A DNA stretch of 64,000 bases from Escherichia phage JLBYU08: sequence record OK272482.1; one strand, given 5' to 3'. The translations under genes were made by a program, and so were the position numbers. Positions 35,584 through 43,339 of this stretch are shown piece after piece. Position 1 is the first letter of the stretch. The number at the start of each line of letters is the position of its first letter. Under the pieces are notes generated by a model. That model was not told the origin of the DNA. It did no database searches and worked only from the letters and a program-made list of their open reading frames with translations.

Positions 35584-37566
35584 TTATTTGGTGTTATTCT
35601 TTGCGTCGATCAGTTCACGGTATTCAATCATAGCAGGAGTGTCCCAATATTTCAAGCCCACATGCTTCAAAAGTGGATATTTCTTTTCCAATCTTGCAAT
35701 ATAGGCCTTCCCGCACTTGACTCGGTTGGCGATTAAGATTTTGGCACGATGATTTAGCTCACTGTGCTTCCACGCGGTGTTACCTTCCCACTTGTGGAAA
35801 TGTGGCCGATAATTTCCAAAATCTTGCATGGGGATAATTTTCCCTAATTGTCTATACAGGCTGTCATATGAAGTTTCATTTGCTGCGCGAGTCAGTAAGA
35901 ATTTCCAGGCGTCCTCTTTCAACAAATGTTCCACATTTTTCTCTGTAACATACTGGCAATCAGGATCAGTCCAAAGCAGACGAGATTCTGATACCAGGTA
36001 CAGATCTTCCCCTTCAGGAATCTGGAGTGCCGCACGCACACGGTCATAATTTTGCTGGTAGATGTTACTTAGCTGTCCCAGCCAACAACTTCCACGTTGG
36101 ATATCACCCTCATAAGGAATGCAGTGCTTAATCTTCTTGAACTCTGCCTTAGTAATACGCTCACGACGGAAGTAACCATCTTTCTCAAGTTTTTTAACCC
36201 AATACCCTGGCTCATAGTGAGTTTTTGTTTCACCTTTCTTTACAGGACGGCGAGGGAGCTCTGATAACAATTTGACCGTATCTGCAAAGAACGGGTGGTG
36301 TGCCGCTTCTTTAAACTCTTCCATCAGATCCGTGTTACGGCAATAGAAAACGTTGCGTCCGGTGATCTCGCTTAAGTAGTTACACTTATTTCGGTTATAT
36401 TTGCCGTCTCCGTCGTTAAATACAAGGTATACACCTCGTAAGAACTCCGACTTTCCGTAACGAGCATAGCCTATGCGGCCTTTATTTAAGCCGCCAGCGA
36501 AAATTTCACAATCGCCTAAGTCGCCAAGCCCTGTTTCTTCCCAACGGTTCCACATAAAGTTTTTGCCGAAGATGTGTCCGAACACTCCACTGTTCTTCAT
36601 CATCTCACGTGCTTCTGAGGATGTTTTTGCTGTCTCCAATTCCGCAACAACTTCTGCCCCACGAAGACGTATACCTTCTTTGACAAAGGCCTCCAGGCGA
36701 TCCTGGAATCCACCGTCGTCATGGCCCTCTATGGTCCATTCACGCCCAGGGTTAATATTGCAATCCCCAATAGGAATTTCCACGCAGATTGCAGGGTAAT
36801 CGGTCAATGTCTCCAGGAACTTAGAGCGGTAAGGTTGGTGACCCATCACAACACGGCTCTCATCAGAACTGGTATAACCTTTCAGGATAGTCATTTTCCA
36901 ACCATCTTTCTCGTAGCGATACTGCGCCTCAACCTTGTCACCTTCCAGCATCTTACTGGTCATAGGGTCGGTAACGGTAAACGGAAACTTTGCATAGCGT
37001 AGGCATGACGCAATAGCAGTGCGATATTTCAGAACATGCTCTTTCTTAACATGGAACTGAACTTTTACCCCGTTGTGCTCTTCAGTCTTCCGCTCGCGGA
37101 TCTTGGTAACGTTTGGGATACCCTGATCCAAGAACAATAGATATGTGCTTTCAACACCGTTGTGCACACTAATCACATCGAAAGTGTCCACCATGCTGAA
37201 CGGGGCCTTTGAACCTACACCTTTATTACCTACCAGAGCGTTGCTGTTGCGCTTGGTTGACTCCCCGAGGTTCATGAAAGTGTTGCGGACCATCTCTTCT
37301 GACATACCCAATCCAACGTCCTGCACAAAGAAGTATGGTTCAAGGTCTGTAGGGGAGTGAATGATGATCGGTACATCACCCCGTCCAGACTCAACATGGG
37401 AGTCCACAGCATTGAAGATTGGTTCACGGCAGCTTGCCAGCACCTTATCTTCGTAAATCCCTTTAATGATTAGCCCAAAAGTCTCTTTGTTCAGAGAAAT
37501 TGAGCCCCTGGTGACCTCCATATTTCCGGTTAGCACTGCTTTAGTTTCATTACTGTTTACAATCAT
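35584..37566 (-). CDS. rIIA: rIIA-like protein with N-terminal GHKL/histidine-kinase-like ATPase domain, 660 aa
   Basis: GHKL motifs (VQDVGLGM, GNKGVGSKAPF); size and pairing with rIIB-like gene; AAGGAG SD; ATGA coupling. Confidence 0.75.
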   Translation of the reverse strand: MIVNSNETKAVLTGNMEVTRGSISLNKETFGLIIKGIYEDKVLASCREPIFNAVDSHVESGRGDVPIIIHSPTDLEPYFFVQDVGLGMSEEMVRNTFMNLGESTKRNSNALVGNKGVGSKAPFSMVDTFDVISVHNGVESTYLLFLDQGIPNVTKIRERKTEEHNGVKVQFHVKKEHVLKYRTAIASCLRYAKFPFTVTDPMTSKMLEGDKVEAQYRYEKDGWKMTILKGYTSSDESRVVMGHQPYRSKFLETLTDYPAICVEIPIGDCNINPGREWTIEGHDDGGFQDRLEAFVKEGIRLRGAEVVAELETAKTSSEAREMMKNSGVFGHIFGKNFMWNRWEETGLGDLGDCEIFAGGLNKGRIGYARYGKSEFLRGVYLVFNDGDGKYNRNKCNYLSEITGRNVFYCRNTDLMEEFKEAAHHPFFADTVKLLSELPRRPVKKGETKTHYEPGYWVKKLEKDGYFRRERITKAEFKKIKHCIPYEGDIQRGSCWLGQLSNIYQQNYDRVRAALQIPEGEDLYLVSESRLLWTDPDCQYVTEKNVEHLLKEDAWKFLLTRAANETSYDSLYRQLGKIIPMQDFGNYRPHFHKWEGNTAWKHSELNHRAKILIANRVKCGKAYIARLEKKYPLLKHVGLKYWDTPAMIEYRELIDAKNNTK

Positions 37567-38063
37567 TTATTGCGCTCCTTGTAGTAGATATGACTCCCGA
37601 ATTGAGCTGTCCTCTGCATCTTTTTTGCCCATTTCGGTCGTACTTTGGTTGTATGGTAGTGTGTTGCTCCACCTGTTATGTCCATAGCCATGTATGCAAC
37701 ATGGTTGTTATTATAGACCTTTAGAAGCATCTTTGCAAGACTTTTAGCGTGATCCCATGAATCTTTTTCTGTCACCTTAAAAGTTTTGCCGTGGTTTGTC
37801 CACGAAAACTGGTTAGGTTGGTAGACAATCTTTCTTATAGTGTCTGGGTATTTGGGGTGAGATTTCCTGTTTAGTGTGGCAAACCCTGATGCCAGCATAC
37901 CCATCGTGCCATCCCCTCTAGCCTCCCTGTAGATATTGCATGCCAGAATGTTTTCCTTAGTATCTGATGGCTTGCAAGTATGATATACTTTTTGTTTTGG
38001 TGCTGCAACAACAGGCAGCGATAAAAGTGCGCTCAAAATAATAGCAAAGATCTTAATTTTCAC
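37563..38063 (-). CDS. secreted cell-wall hydrolase, SleB/Hydrolase_2-like, 166 aa, signal peptide, GTG start
   Basis: N-terminal signal peptide; NIYREARG...YQPNQFSW motif; GGAG SD; sits just after a terminator. Confidence 0.65.
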   Translation of the reverse strand: MKIKIFAIILSALLSLPVVAAPKQKVYHTCKPSDTKENILACNIYREARGDGTMGMLASGFATLNRKSHPKYPDTIRKIVYQPNQFSWTNHGKTFKVTEKDSWDHAKSLAKMLLKVYNNNHVAYMAMDITGGATHYHTTKVRPKWAKKMQRTAQFGSHIYYKERNK

Positions 38064-38070
38064 AATGACT

Positions 38071-38100
38071 CCAAATAGAAAATCCCCGCCGAAGCGGGGG
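38071..38100 (-). terminator. rho-independent terminator
   Basis: Minus strand: CCCCGC-TTCG-GCGGGG hairpin followed by ATTTTCTATTT. Confidence 0.6.
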
Positions 38101-38112
38101 AGGTCTTAGAAA

Positions 38113-38493
38113 TTAATCGTAGTGTGCCAAAATCTCTCCATCGTTGCAAGTTCCCTCTACAAAGTTATGAAGATTCATGCACTCATCTTGATAGAAGAAT
38201 TTACCGCTTTTCAGCCGTAGGCCAAACAACTCCGCATCTCCACGATGGCAAGCCTCTACAAGTTCATAGATTTCATACGGCAACTCTCCGTCGTCATGGA
38301 AGAATCCAGCCTTATCGTTGACATAAATGAAGAAATAATCACTGCTATCGCAAGCGTCCAATATTTTAAACCAGACTTCATCTACATCTTTTTCTCGGAT
38401 ATCGATCACGCAAGTGGAGCTGCATTCGTACTCCTTCTCCGGCTCCTCGGTCAATACCACCAGGTAGTTTCCCCGCTTACCTACTTTAGCCAT
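38113..38493 (-). CDS. hypothetical protein, about 126 aa, Cys-rich
   Basis: AAGGGGGG SD before internal ATG (MAKVGKRG). Confidence 0.55.
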   Translation of the reverse strand: MAKVGKRGNYLVVLTEEPEKEYECSSTCVIDIREKDVDEVWFKILDACDSSDYFFIYVNDKAGFFHDDGELPYEIYELVEACHRGDAELFGLRLKSGKFFYQDECMNLHNFVEGTCNDGEILAHYD

Positions 38494-38503
38494 ACAACCC
38501 CCC

Positions 38504-39688
38504 TTAAGCTTTAGCCAAAATGGCGCTAAACTCTTCACCAAACTCTTTTACAATCTTCATCAGGTTTGGGTATGCTTTGATCAGCTGAGCAACAATCTTG
38601 TCACGCCCTTTACCGATAAGCAAGGCATTTCCTAAGGCATTAGGTTTCATCATCGCCATAAAGACTGAGAATACAAAATCTCGGTTCTCGTCCTTGAAGT
38701 TTTCCCAAAGGAAATCGAGGAAGTTTGCCACGCAGCTGACAAGATCTTCGTCTGAGATACTTGCATTTTCCATCATATTACGAATAGCGATACAACCTTC
38801 AGATCCAAGAATCCACAAAATGTCTGGCTGCTTAGGACCTACGTATTCTTTGCAGCCACCTGCCATAATCCGACCGATTTCCGGTAAATTGCGTTTCTTG
38901 GTGTGGTATGTCCAGATCTCTACCGCTGCAGTGTGACCAATAGCACCTTGCAGAAGAACACGGGCCATAGCGTCAGAAATAATACCGCTGTCAAAATCGT
39001 GCAAGATGTCAGATGCAGCAACCCAAGATCGTGGTGTGGCAAAAGATGGACAATTAATCTCAGCCATAGCCTCATAATTATCAATAGCTGATGGAACTCT
39101 TTTCAGATACCCAATTACAGAGGAGTGAACCCCGTTGAGGAATGCGTAGTCCTCAATAAACACCTCTGCATTGCTTGTAACCTCTACAATGATAAAACGG
39201 TTAGCCAGAGGGGCTTCGAGCGCCGAAAGAACCGCACCATCTGTAGAACGGTTACCCGCAGCCACAAAAACAGAACCCTTAGGGAATGCATAGGTGCCGC
39301 ACTTGTGGTCAAGCATAATTTGCATTGCAACCTTTTGCAGGTAGTTATCTGCATGAGTGAGCTCATCCAGAAAGATAATTCCGCTCCAGTCAGGATCCGC
39401 AGGCCAAAATTCTGGAATTGCAAACACTGTACGTGTAGTTCCATCCGCTTCTACAGGGATAGGTAGCCCAGATAAGTCGGCAGGATCTTTATCTGACAGT
39501 CGCACGTCAACAAGGTTGTCATCTCGCTCACCGAACATATTATCAGCGATCTGCTTCATCACCTGGCTTTTACCCACACCCATTGGTCCCAAAATTAGGA
39601 CAGATCGGCTATGACGTTGGGCAAACTGAATAATAGCTGGCAACTCACGGACAGTGATTTGACCACTTTCGAATACGTTTCTTGACAT
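38504..39688 (-). CDS. MoxR-like AAA+ ATPase, 394 aa
   Basis: Walker A GPMGVGKS, Walker B IFLDEL, MoxR/AAA_5-like spacing; TAGAGGA SD. Confidence 0.8.
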   Translation of the reverse strand: MSRNVFESGQITVRELPAIIQFAQRHSRSVLILGPMGVGKSQVMKQIADNMFGERDDNLVDVRLSDKDPADLSGLPIPVEADGTTRTVFAIPEFWPADPDWSGIIFLDELTHADNYLQKVAMQIMLDHKCGTYAFPKGSVFVAAGNRSTDGAVLSALEAPLANRFIIVEVTSNAEVFIEDYAFLNGVHSSVIGYLKRVPSAIDNYEAMAEINCPSFATPRSWVAASDILHDFDSGIISDAMARVLLQGAIGHTAAVEIWTYHTKKRNLPEIGRIMAGGCKEYVGPKQPDILWILGSEGCIAIRNMMENASISDEDLVSCVANFLDFLWENFKDENRDFVFSVFMAMMKPNALGNALLIGKGRDKIVAQLIKAYPNLMKIVKEFGEEFSAILAKA

Positions 39689-39957
39689 TAGTAAAAGTCC
39701 TCTACTTGTGTGTAAGTGTTTTCAAAGTTTTCCAAAACAGATATCACATCGAATCTGTCAATATCATACGTGACTCTCCAGTTGTACGCAACCCTTTCTG
39801 CTGTTGCCTCTTCTGGCGCTAGTCGTCTGCTGGCATAAAAGAGTGTTGGAGTACACTTTCTTGCTTGCCCTCTAACTTTCCCATAATAATATCTGTGAAT
39901 ATCTTTGTCAAAATTTAACTCTTTTTCTGCACGAAGTTCATATTGCTGGTATAACAT
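39688..39957 (-). CDS. hypothetical protein, 89 aa
   Basis: ORF with AAGGAG SD. Confidence 0.6.
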   Translation of the reverse strand: MLYQQYELRAEKELNFDKDIHRYYYGKVRGQARKCTPTLFYASRRLAPEEATAERVAYNWRVTYDIDRFDVISVLENFENTYTQVEDFY

Positions 39958-40001
39958 CTCTACTACTCCTTAAGCAGCATCCTTGCCGCCATTCCTGCCC
40001 A

Positions 40002-40382
40002 CTAAAATGCAGTCCGAATCCAGACAAGGTTCTTATCTGCCCAATCATAGAGGCAAGTCATTGCACTATTGAATTGCTCACACGGAGGATAATCTTCTTC
40101 CATCTGGCGCATAGCAGAGCCTTGTGGGTAAAGCTCCCGTGCTGCAAACCACGCGTCGTAGTCATCAACGGTGTCGAAGTAGTATACAACATCCTCTAAC
40201 TCAGGATCGAACTTTGAACTATCAGGATCCAGTTGTTCAGGGAACTTGGAGCGTAACTTGCCAGCCACAATACTTGCCAACTCGCTAACATGCTTATTGT
40301 CCCACTCCACTAGCTTCCCGTCTTCAGTGATGCGTCCTAACCACTGATCATGAAGGTCAACTGTTGTCTTCCACTGAGCCAT
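40002..40382 (-). CDS. hypothetical protein, 126 aa, acidic
   Basis: ORF with GAGGTGGA SD. Confidence 0.6.
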   Translation of the reverse strand: MAQWKTTVDLHDQWLGRITEDGKLVEWDNKHVSELASIVAGKLRSKFPEQLDPDSSKFDPELEDVVYYFDTVDDYDAWFAARELYPQGSAMRQMEEDYPPCEQFNSAMTCLYDWADKNLVWIRTAF

Positions 40383-40384
40383 TA

Positions 40385-40642
40385 TCAGTCCACCTCTTCT
40401 TCTCGTTGTAGTTCAAGATACCCGTAGGTCTGGACATCTTGAAGGGTGTGGAACTCCCCCTCTGCCGCTAAGGCACGAACAACTTGGCACAAAACCTTAT
40501 GAGGAACTTCATCCAAACCTAGATTCAGTGCAGGAAACACCTTATCTAAGTCAACAAAATAAACGAACTGTAGCTCACCAGCTTCAAAAGGTGTATCTTC
40601 AATAAACATCTTCTCGGCATTAGTCAAGATCTGCACTTTCAT
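40385..40642 (-). CDS. hypothetical protein, 85 aa
   Basis: ORF with GAAGAGGGGG SD; TAATGA coupling. Confidence 0.6.
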   Translation of the reverse strand: MKVQILTNAEKMFIEDTPFEAGELQFVYFVDLDKVFPALNLGLDEVPHKVLCQVVRALAAEGEFHTLQDVQTYGYLELQREEEVD

Positions 40643-40998
40643 TATTCTACCCCCTCTTCTTTTTCTTCGGCATTAGTTTCATGGCTACCCCACTCGGGAG
40701 TTTCCACCTCGATAGTAAACTCACGCACTACACGGTAATTGCCCATGAAGCGCTCTACTTCGTCAAGGCTTATGGAGAGGCCATTGGCAACCAGGTCTGC
40801 AGCACCCTCTTCTACCAGGTAGTCCAGATTGGCTTCCAGAGCCTCAGGTTCAAACCCTGTCAATGCAATCAGATAACCTTCCCCTTCATCAGGGAGGACA
40901 ATACAGCCCAATTGATTTTCTTTAAAAAGGCAGTGACCATCATTATTGATTGGGTGTTCATTGCAGTAAATAGCTGCACGATAAGTAACTTTAGACAT
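40642..40998 (-). CDS. hypothetical acidic protein, about 118 aa, starting MSKVTYRA (start lies in the 29-bp inverted repeat)
   Basis: AAGGAG SD 9 nt before ATG; first 8 codons identical at nucleotide level to an internal restart of the rightward gene at 42842. Confidence 0.55.
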   Translation of the reverse strand: MSKVTYRAAIYCNEHPINNDGHCLFKENQLGCIVLPDEGEGYLIALTGFEPEALEANLDYLVEEGAADLVANGLSISLDEVERFMGNYRVVREFTIEVETPEWGSHETNAEEKEEGVE

Positions 40999-41003
40999 CG
41001 GTA
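40975..41003. repeat. 29-bp perfect inverted repeat, left copy (TACCGATGTCTAAAGTTACTTATCGTGCA read on minus strand)
   Basis: Exact reverse complement of 42837-42865. Confidence 0.85.
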
Positions 41004-41011
41004 AGGTCTCC

Positions 41012-41290
41012 TTAGGCAATTGTCATTTTACATTCTTGAAATTTTAACACAAGACGGTGATTGTGTCTAGTGTCTAAAAAGATTTTTTCAACCATCAGGC
41101 ACACGGTATAACCGTCCATCTTGTTGACAACAAAATCTCCAGGATGAGGGAGGATGTCTCCCGGATTGGGGAAACATAGTCCACTCAGAAAGGCATCGTC
41201 AGTGGTGGACTTAATAGATTTCCACACACTGTCTGCCTGAACATGTTCACCGACGTAATATACATTACCACATGCCTTCATCATAGTCAA
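41012..41290 (-). CDS. hypothetical protein, 92 aa
   Basis: ORF with GAGGG SD; inside the inverted-repeat-bounded segment. Confidence 0.5.
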   Translation of the reverse strand: MTMMKACGNVYYVGEHVQADSVWKSIKSTTDDAFLSGLCFPNPGDILPHPGDFVVNKMDGYTVCLMVEKIFLDTRHNHRLVLKFQECKMTIA

Positions 41291-42186
41291 ACCCTCGCAT
41301 AAATTAAACTTGTATCAGTATACTTCTTTAATGGGTAAATATCCTGTCCATAGATGCAATCATTAAACACCTCATCTACCCAAAGGCTACACTTATATCC
41401 CATCATTTCTAAAACACCCATCTCTTCTTCTGTAAACTTATCACCGCTCTTGCAAGATGTCAATACCTCATTCTGAACTCTTGCTACCTCGAAGCGGTTA
41501 TTGGCAATATCGCTATTGGCGATCAAATACTCACCTAGAGGGTGTGCGGCATTAAAGATGCACAGTGGACGGCTGACGTAATAGTCTCCGGGTGTATAAA
41601 AATTGTTGAGGTCTTTCACTAGAACATTCTTATCAGTCACTTCATTTATAACATCATGCATATCGCACATCTTTATATGTTTGAGGATTCCATCCCCCAT
41701 CACAAAATAAAAACTTGCTGAGACACTTTCGGCATAGATCTTACTAGATCCGTTGTAGTTGTATTTTACTCGGATGCTAACGGGGGTTTTTCCTGTCGCG
41801 TTAGCCATCATCCAAAGAAATGGCAGCTCATACTTCTCCTCTGAGGAAACAAAAGGTGAGGTAGCCAGAGATCGAAAACCTCCAGAGAAGTTGAAAGTTA
41901 CAGAACCGCTCCGGCGGTATGATACCGCGTATTCTACTTTTATATCGACGTACCCATTGGAATAGGTGTGTCCTTCATTATCTAAATATGTCCACTTATC
42001 AGACCCAGATACCAATCTACGCTCGATAACCTTCATCACTACAGGAATTAGTGGGTTGGTACAAACCGCTTTTGAAGTAGCTTTATCATCTAAAGCCTCG
42101 TAAATTGCAGAAAGGATGTCCCCAGCTGAAAGATTGGTTGTTATGTCCTGTTTCCACCGCGTACTAAAACTGTTAAGATTTGCCAT
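41287..42186 (-). CDS. hypothetical protein, 299 aa
   Basis: ORF with TAGGAGCA SD; inside the inverted-repeat-bounded segment. Confidence 0.6.
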   Translation of the reverse strand: MANLNSFSTRWKQDITTNLSAGDILSAIYEALDDKATSKAVCTNPLIPVVMKVIERRLVSGSDKWTYLDNEGHTYSNGYVDIKVEYAVSYRRSGSVTFNFSGGFRSLATSPFVSSEEKYELPFLWMMANATGKTPVSIRVKYNYNGSSKIYAESVSASFYFVMGDGILKHIKMCDMHDVINEVTDKNVLVKDLNNFYTPGDYYVSRPLCIFNAAHPLGEYLIANSDIANNRFEVARVQNEVLTSCKSGDKFTEEEMGVLEMMGYKCSLWVDEVFNDCIYGQDIYPLKKYTDTSLIYARV

Positions 42187-42265
42187 AAGTAAGTGCTCCT
42201 ATGTTAGTTTTCTTTCGAATGGGTGCACTATATTGTGGAGTTAGAGTAAAGTCAACACGTTTTTG

Positions 42266-43306
42266 ATGTTGACATCTGTTGAGACAATTGATACGATTTC
42301 TTCACTTACAGAGCACGAGAGACGACTCATGAATCTTGAAAAATATTATACACCAGAAGAGTTAGAGCGCTTGCTCAAAAAATATAGACGCAAACAGAAT
42401 AACGCACGGAAACGAGATATAGAGTTCGACCTGTCATGGGAAGAATACCTCCTATTTGGTAAAAAACTTTTAGGAGATGGAGTATGCGACTATACCCTTA
42501 TACCTTTTGACATGCACACAGATGAAAACGGGCTGGGAAATCCTTTCTACCCATCTCTGGAGCGGATAGATGATGAAGGTCCTTATGCGGTTGATAACTG
42601 TTGTGTGGTGGGATTGAGATGCAACTCTCTAAAGGACTGTCTGGTAGATAAAAAGACTGCAGTCTTGATTAAAGACGAAACTGATCGAAAAATTGTCCAG
42701 CAGATGATGCTCCACCTGAGCGAAGAGCGTATGGAGAAATTGAAAGGTGATTATACTTTTGAAGATTTCATCTTACAATATGGAACGGAAGAGGATAAAC
42801 TAGCACTCTTTGACGAAGAAGAGGAGGAAGATATGCTACCGATGTCTAAAGTTACTTATCGTGCACCCAAGAAGCACATTTCCGACATTGTAAACGAGCC
42901 TATCACAGAAGAGATTGAAGAAATGACGCAACAGGTGCATGAAGAGGAAAAAGAGACTCAGGAGGTCGAAGAGGAGCTTACAGAAGAGGTTCCTGCACTA
43001 CCTGATGATGTTGAGATTGCCAAAGCTTACACTTTCTATTGTCAAACGTTCTACGATGTAGGTATGAAAGTTGATCTGTCGTTCAGCCAATTTAAGAGTT
43101 CGTATATTCGCAAATGCTGTGCTTTAACTGGTGAACGTCTTGGAGCTGGACTTAAACCTCTGTTGGTGACCGACTGGAATAAAGGTTTCACTAAAGGAAA
43201 CTTTATGGTAGTATCTCCAATTATGGAGAAAGCTATGACAGATCTTATGAAGACCACCCGCATGACAATGACCGAGTTGGCAGGTATTTTCAAACACGTT
43301 AAATAA
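42266..43306 (+). CDS. ORF with two tandem copies of a Cys/Asp-rich domain, 346 aa; possibly two in-frame genes, second starting at MSKVTYRA (42842)
   Basis: Both halves carry C-x-(Y/A)-T...(R/T)(I/D)D...G(Y/F)..GN(c/f).V motif; GAGGAGG SD before internal ATGs; no clear SD at annotated start. Confidence 0.5.
   Translation: MLTSVETIDTISSLTEHERRLMNLEKYYTPEELERLLKKYRRKQNNARKRDIEFDLSWEEYLLFGKKLLGDGVCDYTLIPFDMHTDENGLGNPFYPSLERIDDEGPYAVDNCCVVGLRCNSLKDCLVDKKTAVLIKDETDRKIVQQMMLHLSEERMEKLKGDYTFEDFILQYGTEEDKLALFDEEEEEDMLPMSKVTYRAPKKHISDIVNEPITEEIEEMTQQVHEEEKETQEVEEELTEEVPALPDDVEIAKAYTFYCQTFYDVGMKVDLSFSQFKSSYIRKCCALTGERLGAGLKPLLVTDWNKGFTKGNFMVVSPIMEKAMTDLMKTTRMTMTELAGIFKHVK
42837..42865. repeat. 29-bp perfect inverted repeat, right copy
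   Basis: TACCGATGTCTAAAGTTACTTATCGTGCA on plus strand. Confidence 0.85.
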
Positions 43307-43310
43307 TAAC

Positions 43311-43335
43311 AGGGGCCAATGGCCCCTTCTGGAGT
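43311..43335 (+). terminator. possible weak terminator hairpin
   Basis: GGGGCC-AAT-GGCCCC followed by TTCTGGAGTTTT; short loop and interrupted T-run. Confidence 0.35.
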
Positions 43336-43339
43336 TTTA

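Noticed and set aside
41004-42836. Site-specific recombinase (invertase) that would act on the 29-bp inverted repeats
   Set aside because: No gene in or near the segment shows serine- or tyrosine-recombinase motifs, so inversion remains only one of several explanations for the repeat.
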